DNA of 64,000 nt from Dicyema japonicum (lineage: Eukaryota; Animalia; Dicyemida): positions 345,225 through 409,224 of the forward strand of contig RDEW01000023.1 in the NCBI GenBank assembly GCA_011109175.1. Direction: 5' to 3'. The notes beneath the pieces are model-generated. The model saw only the letters and a program-made list of their open reading frames with translations. It made no database searches and was not told where the DNA came from. A program made the translations under genes and the position numbers. This document shows, one piece after another, positions 62,483 through 64,000 of the stretch; position 1 is the first letter of the stretch; every line of letters begins with the position of its first letter.

Positions 62483-62799
62483 ATGGCCTTGAACGAAGTC
62501 GTTAAGCGAGCTTTGGACGCTGCCGGACACCCCTCCATGCTAGAACCAGTCGGTCTTTGCAAGCGGGACTGGAAACGACCAGATGGGATGATAATCTTCC
62601 CTTTTGAAGCCGGGAAGCCTCTTGTCTAGGATGTCACCTGCACCTTGAAAAAAACAGAAAAAAAGATGCGGTAAACTGCAAAAAGAAAAAAATGCAATAA
62701 AAGCAACAAAAGAAATTTCATGCCTCGACTTTTTTTTTCTACGGACAGCCCAATGTTTTACGGACATGGATTTTCTAAGAACAATCAACAATAGCTCCA

Positions 62800-63760
62800 G
62801 TCAGATTTGATCAAGATGATTCTTTACAGGGACCCCAGACAGGAACAGCATAATTCATCTTTGTTCAGATAAATTGTCTGTAGATAATTGTTAAGCTCTT
62901 TTTAATCTTGCCAAATGACAGCTCGAAATAGTTGAGTTTTTTCTGAGAATTTACGCATACATACAAAACATGTTTTGAAGATGATAAAGAAATATCAAAT
63001 ATCACACCAAGTCTTTTAGGGTTTTAACAACAGGAAGGAGAGTATTATTTAGAAAAAAAATGGTTCCAATTTGAATTGGCGTCTGTAGTGAAAAGCGTTA
63101 TTGATGACTTTTCGCAATTATGATATAGTCGGCATAAGAGAAAAGTGTGTTCTGGTTCGTTGGTAAGCTTTCTAGATGAAGATTAAACAAGACAGAGATA
63201 GGACCGAACCTTGAAAAACACCTTTTGGAAGGTATCGATAGTGAGAGTAGGTTGACATAATAAAGGAGGCCAGAGAAGAAAGTGAGTAACCATATTTTCA
63301 AACAGAACGGGATATTTGTATCAAGGAGTTCCCTGCTCAGAACTTGTCTCGATGATTGGTCAAAAGTTTTGTTGATATCAATAGATACAACAATTGTTCT
63401 TTCCTGAAGTTTATTGTTATTAATCCGTCAGCAATAAATTGAGTCAGTTTAAATAAATATATTACAGTCGAATGAAAAGCACGAAACACAGTATAAGATT
63501 CAGCAAATGTCAGGTACGGTTTAACTAAAACTAGTAGTACTCTTTCTATAATCTTATAGATTTTCTGTCAATAAAAAATATCGCCCTAATTATAAGATAT
63601 ATGATAAGGCTGTAAAGTTCACAATCTATTGTTTGATTGTTTTTCCTTGTCTATAATTTGTCCAAAGTTACTCTCGGGTGGTAAATTGTATGGATATTTA
63701 TTTGGAGTAATAAACTGTTTATGCAAGAATAGTCGAACTATAGCTGAATTGCTTATAAAG
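62800..63760 (-). pseudogene. Degenerate Vingi-like RT remnant
   Basis: SIDINKTFD, LFNL..FSYADY fragments. Confidence 0.6.
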
Positions 63761-64000
63761 CAGAATATTTGGCTTATTGTTATGTACATCAATCGAAGTT
63801 TTGATTACTGTCTTTATTTTTATCAAAACTTTTGCATTCTCAACTATTGTTTAATCCAAAAATTTCTGGAATGCGATATTCTATACTTGTCGCAAAAAAC
63901 TAGATGGATAGTCTCCACATGTAGCTGTTGTTCAACATATGGCGTAAAAAGATCATTTTTGCTGGTTTTTTAATTAAAATATCATTTTGTGGATCTGTTA

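Larger units (their letters stand above)
58300..62645 (+). mobile_element. Decayed CRE-like element, interrupted by a Vingi-like LINE and a SINE
   Basis: RIPKAVR, VQQGDSLGP, WYLDD, LPVRLGGLGIR (58500-59950); SGACLNAI, CRCG-like..HPLSC..RH, RPDGMI..DVTC (61850-62645). Confidence 0.8.

Overview
AT-rich eukaryotic nuclear DNA, probably from an animal with miniature spliceosomal introns (mostly 21-27 nt, as reported for dicyemid mesozoans; the taxon is inferred). Most of the window is nested transposable-element sequence. The dominant class is Ingi/Vingi-like APE-RT non-LTR retrotransposons (one intact 1078-aa copy and about 10 decayed ones). There are also RTE-like LINEs, CRE-like RLE elements, Ginger-type integrase transposons, Tc1, pogo and hAT remnants, a TA-flanked MITE, a tRNA-derived SINE family and Vingi-dependent short non-autonomous elements. 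Five compact host genes can be rebuilt by hand-splicing: an HMMR-N-like coiled-coil protein, inositol-trisphosphate 3-kinase, a PCGF/BMI1-type RING-RAWUL protein, a SUZ-domain protein and ERH. The most notable signal is a modular design shared by divergent Vingi-like families and their SINEs: a covarying 5' pseudoknot with HDV-ribozyme helix order but a non-canonical core, then a 2A-like (DxExNPGP) leader, and a covarying 3'-terminal stem before a GGGGTTAA-(TAAA/TAA)n tail.
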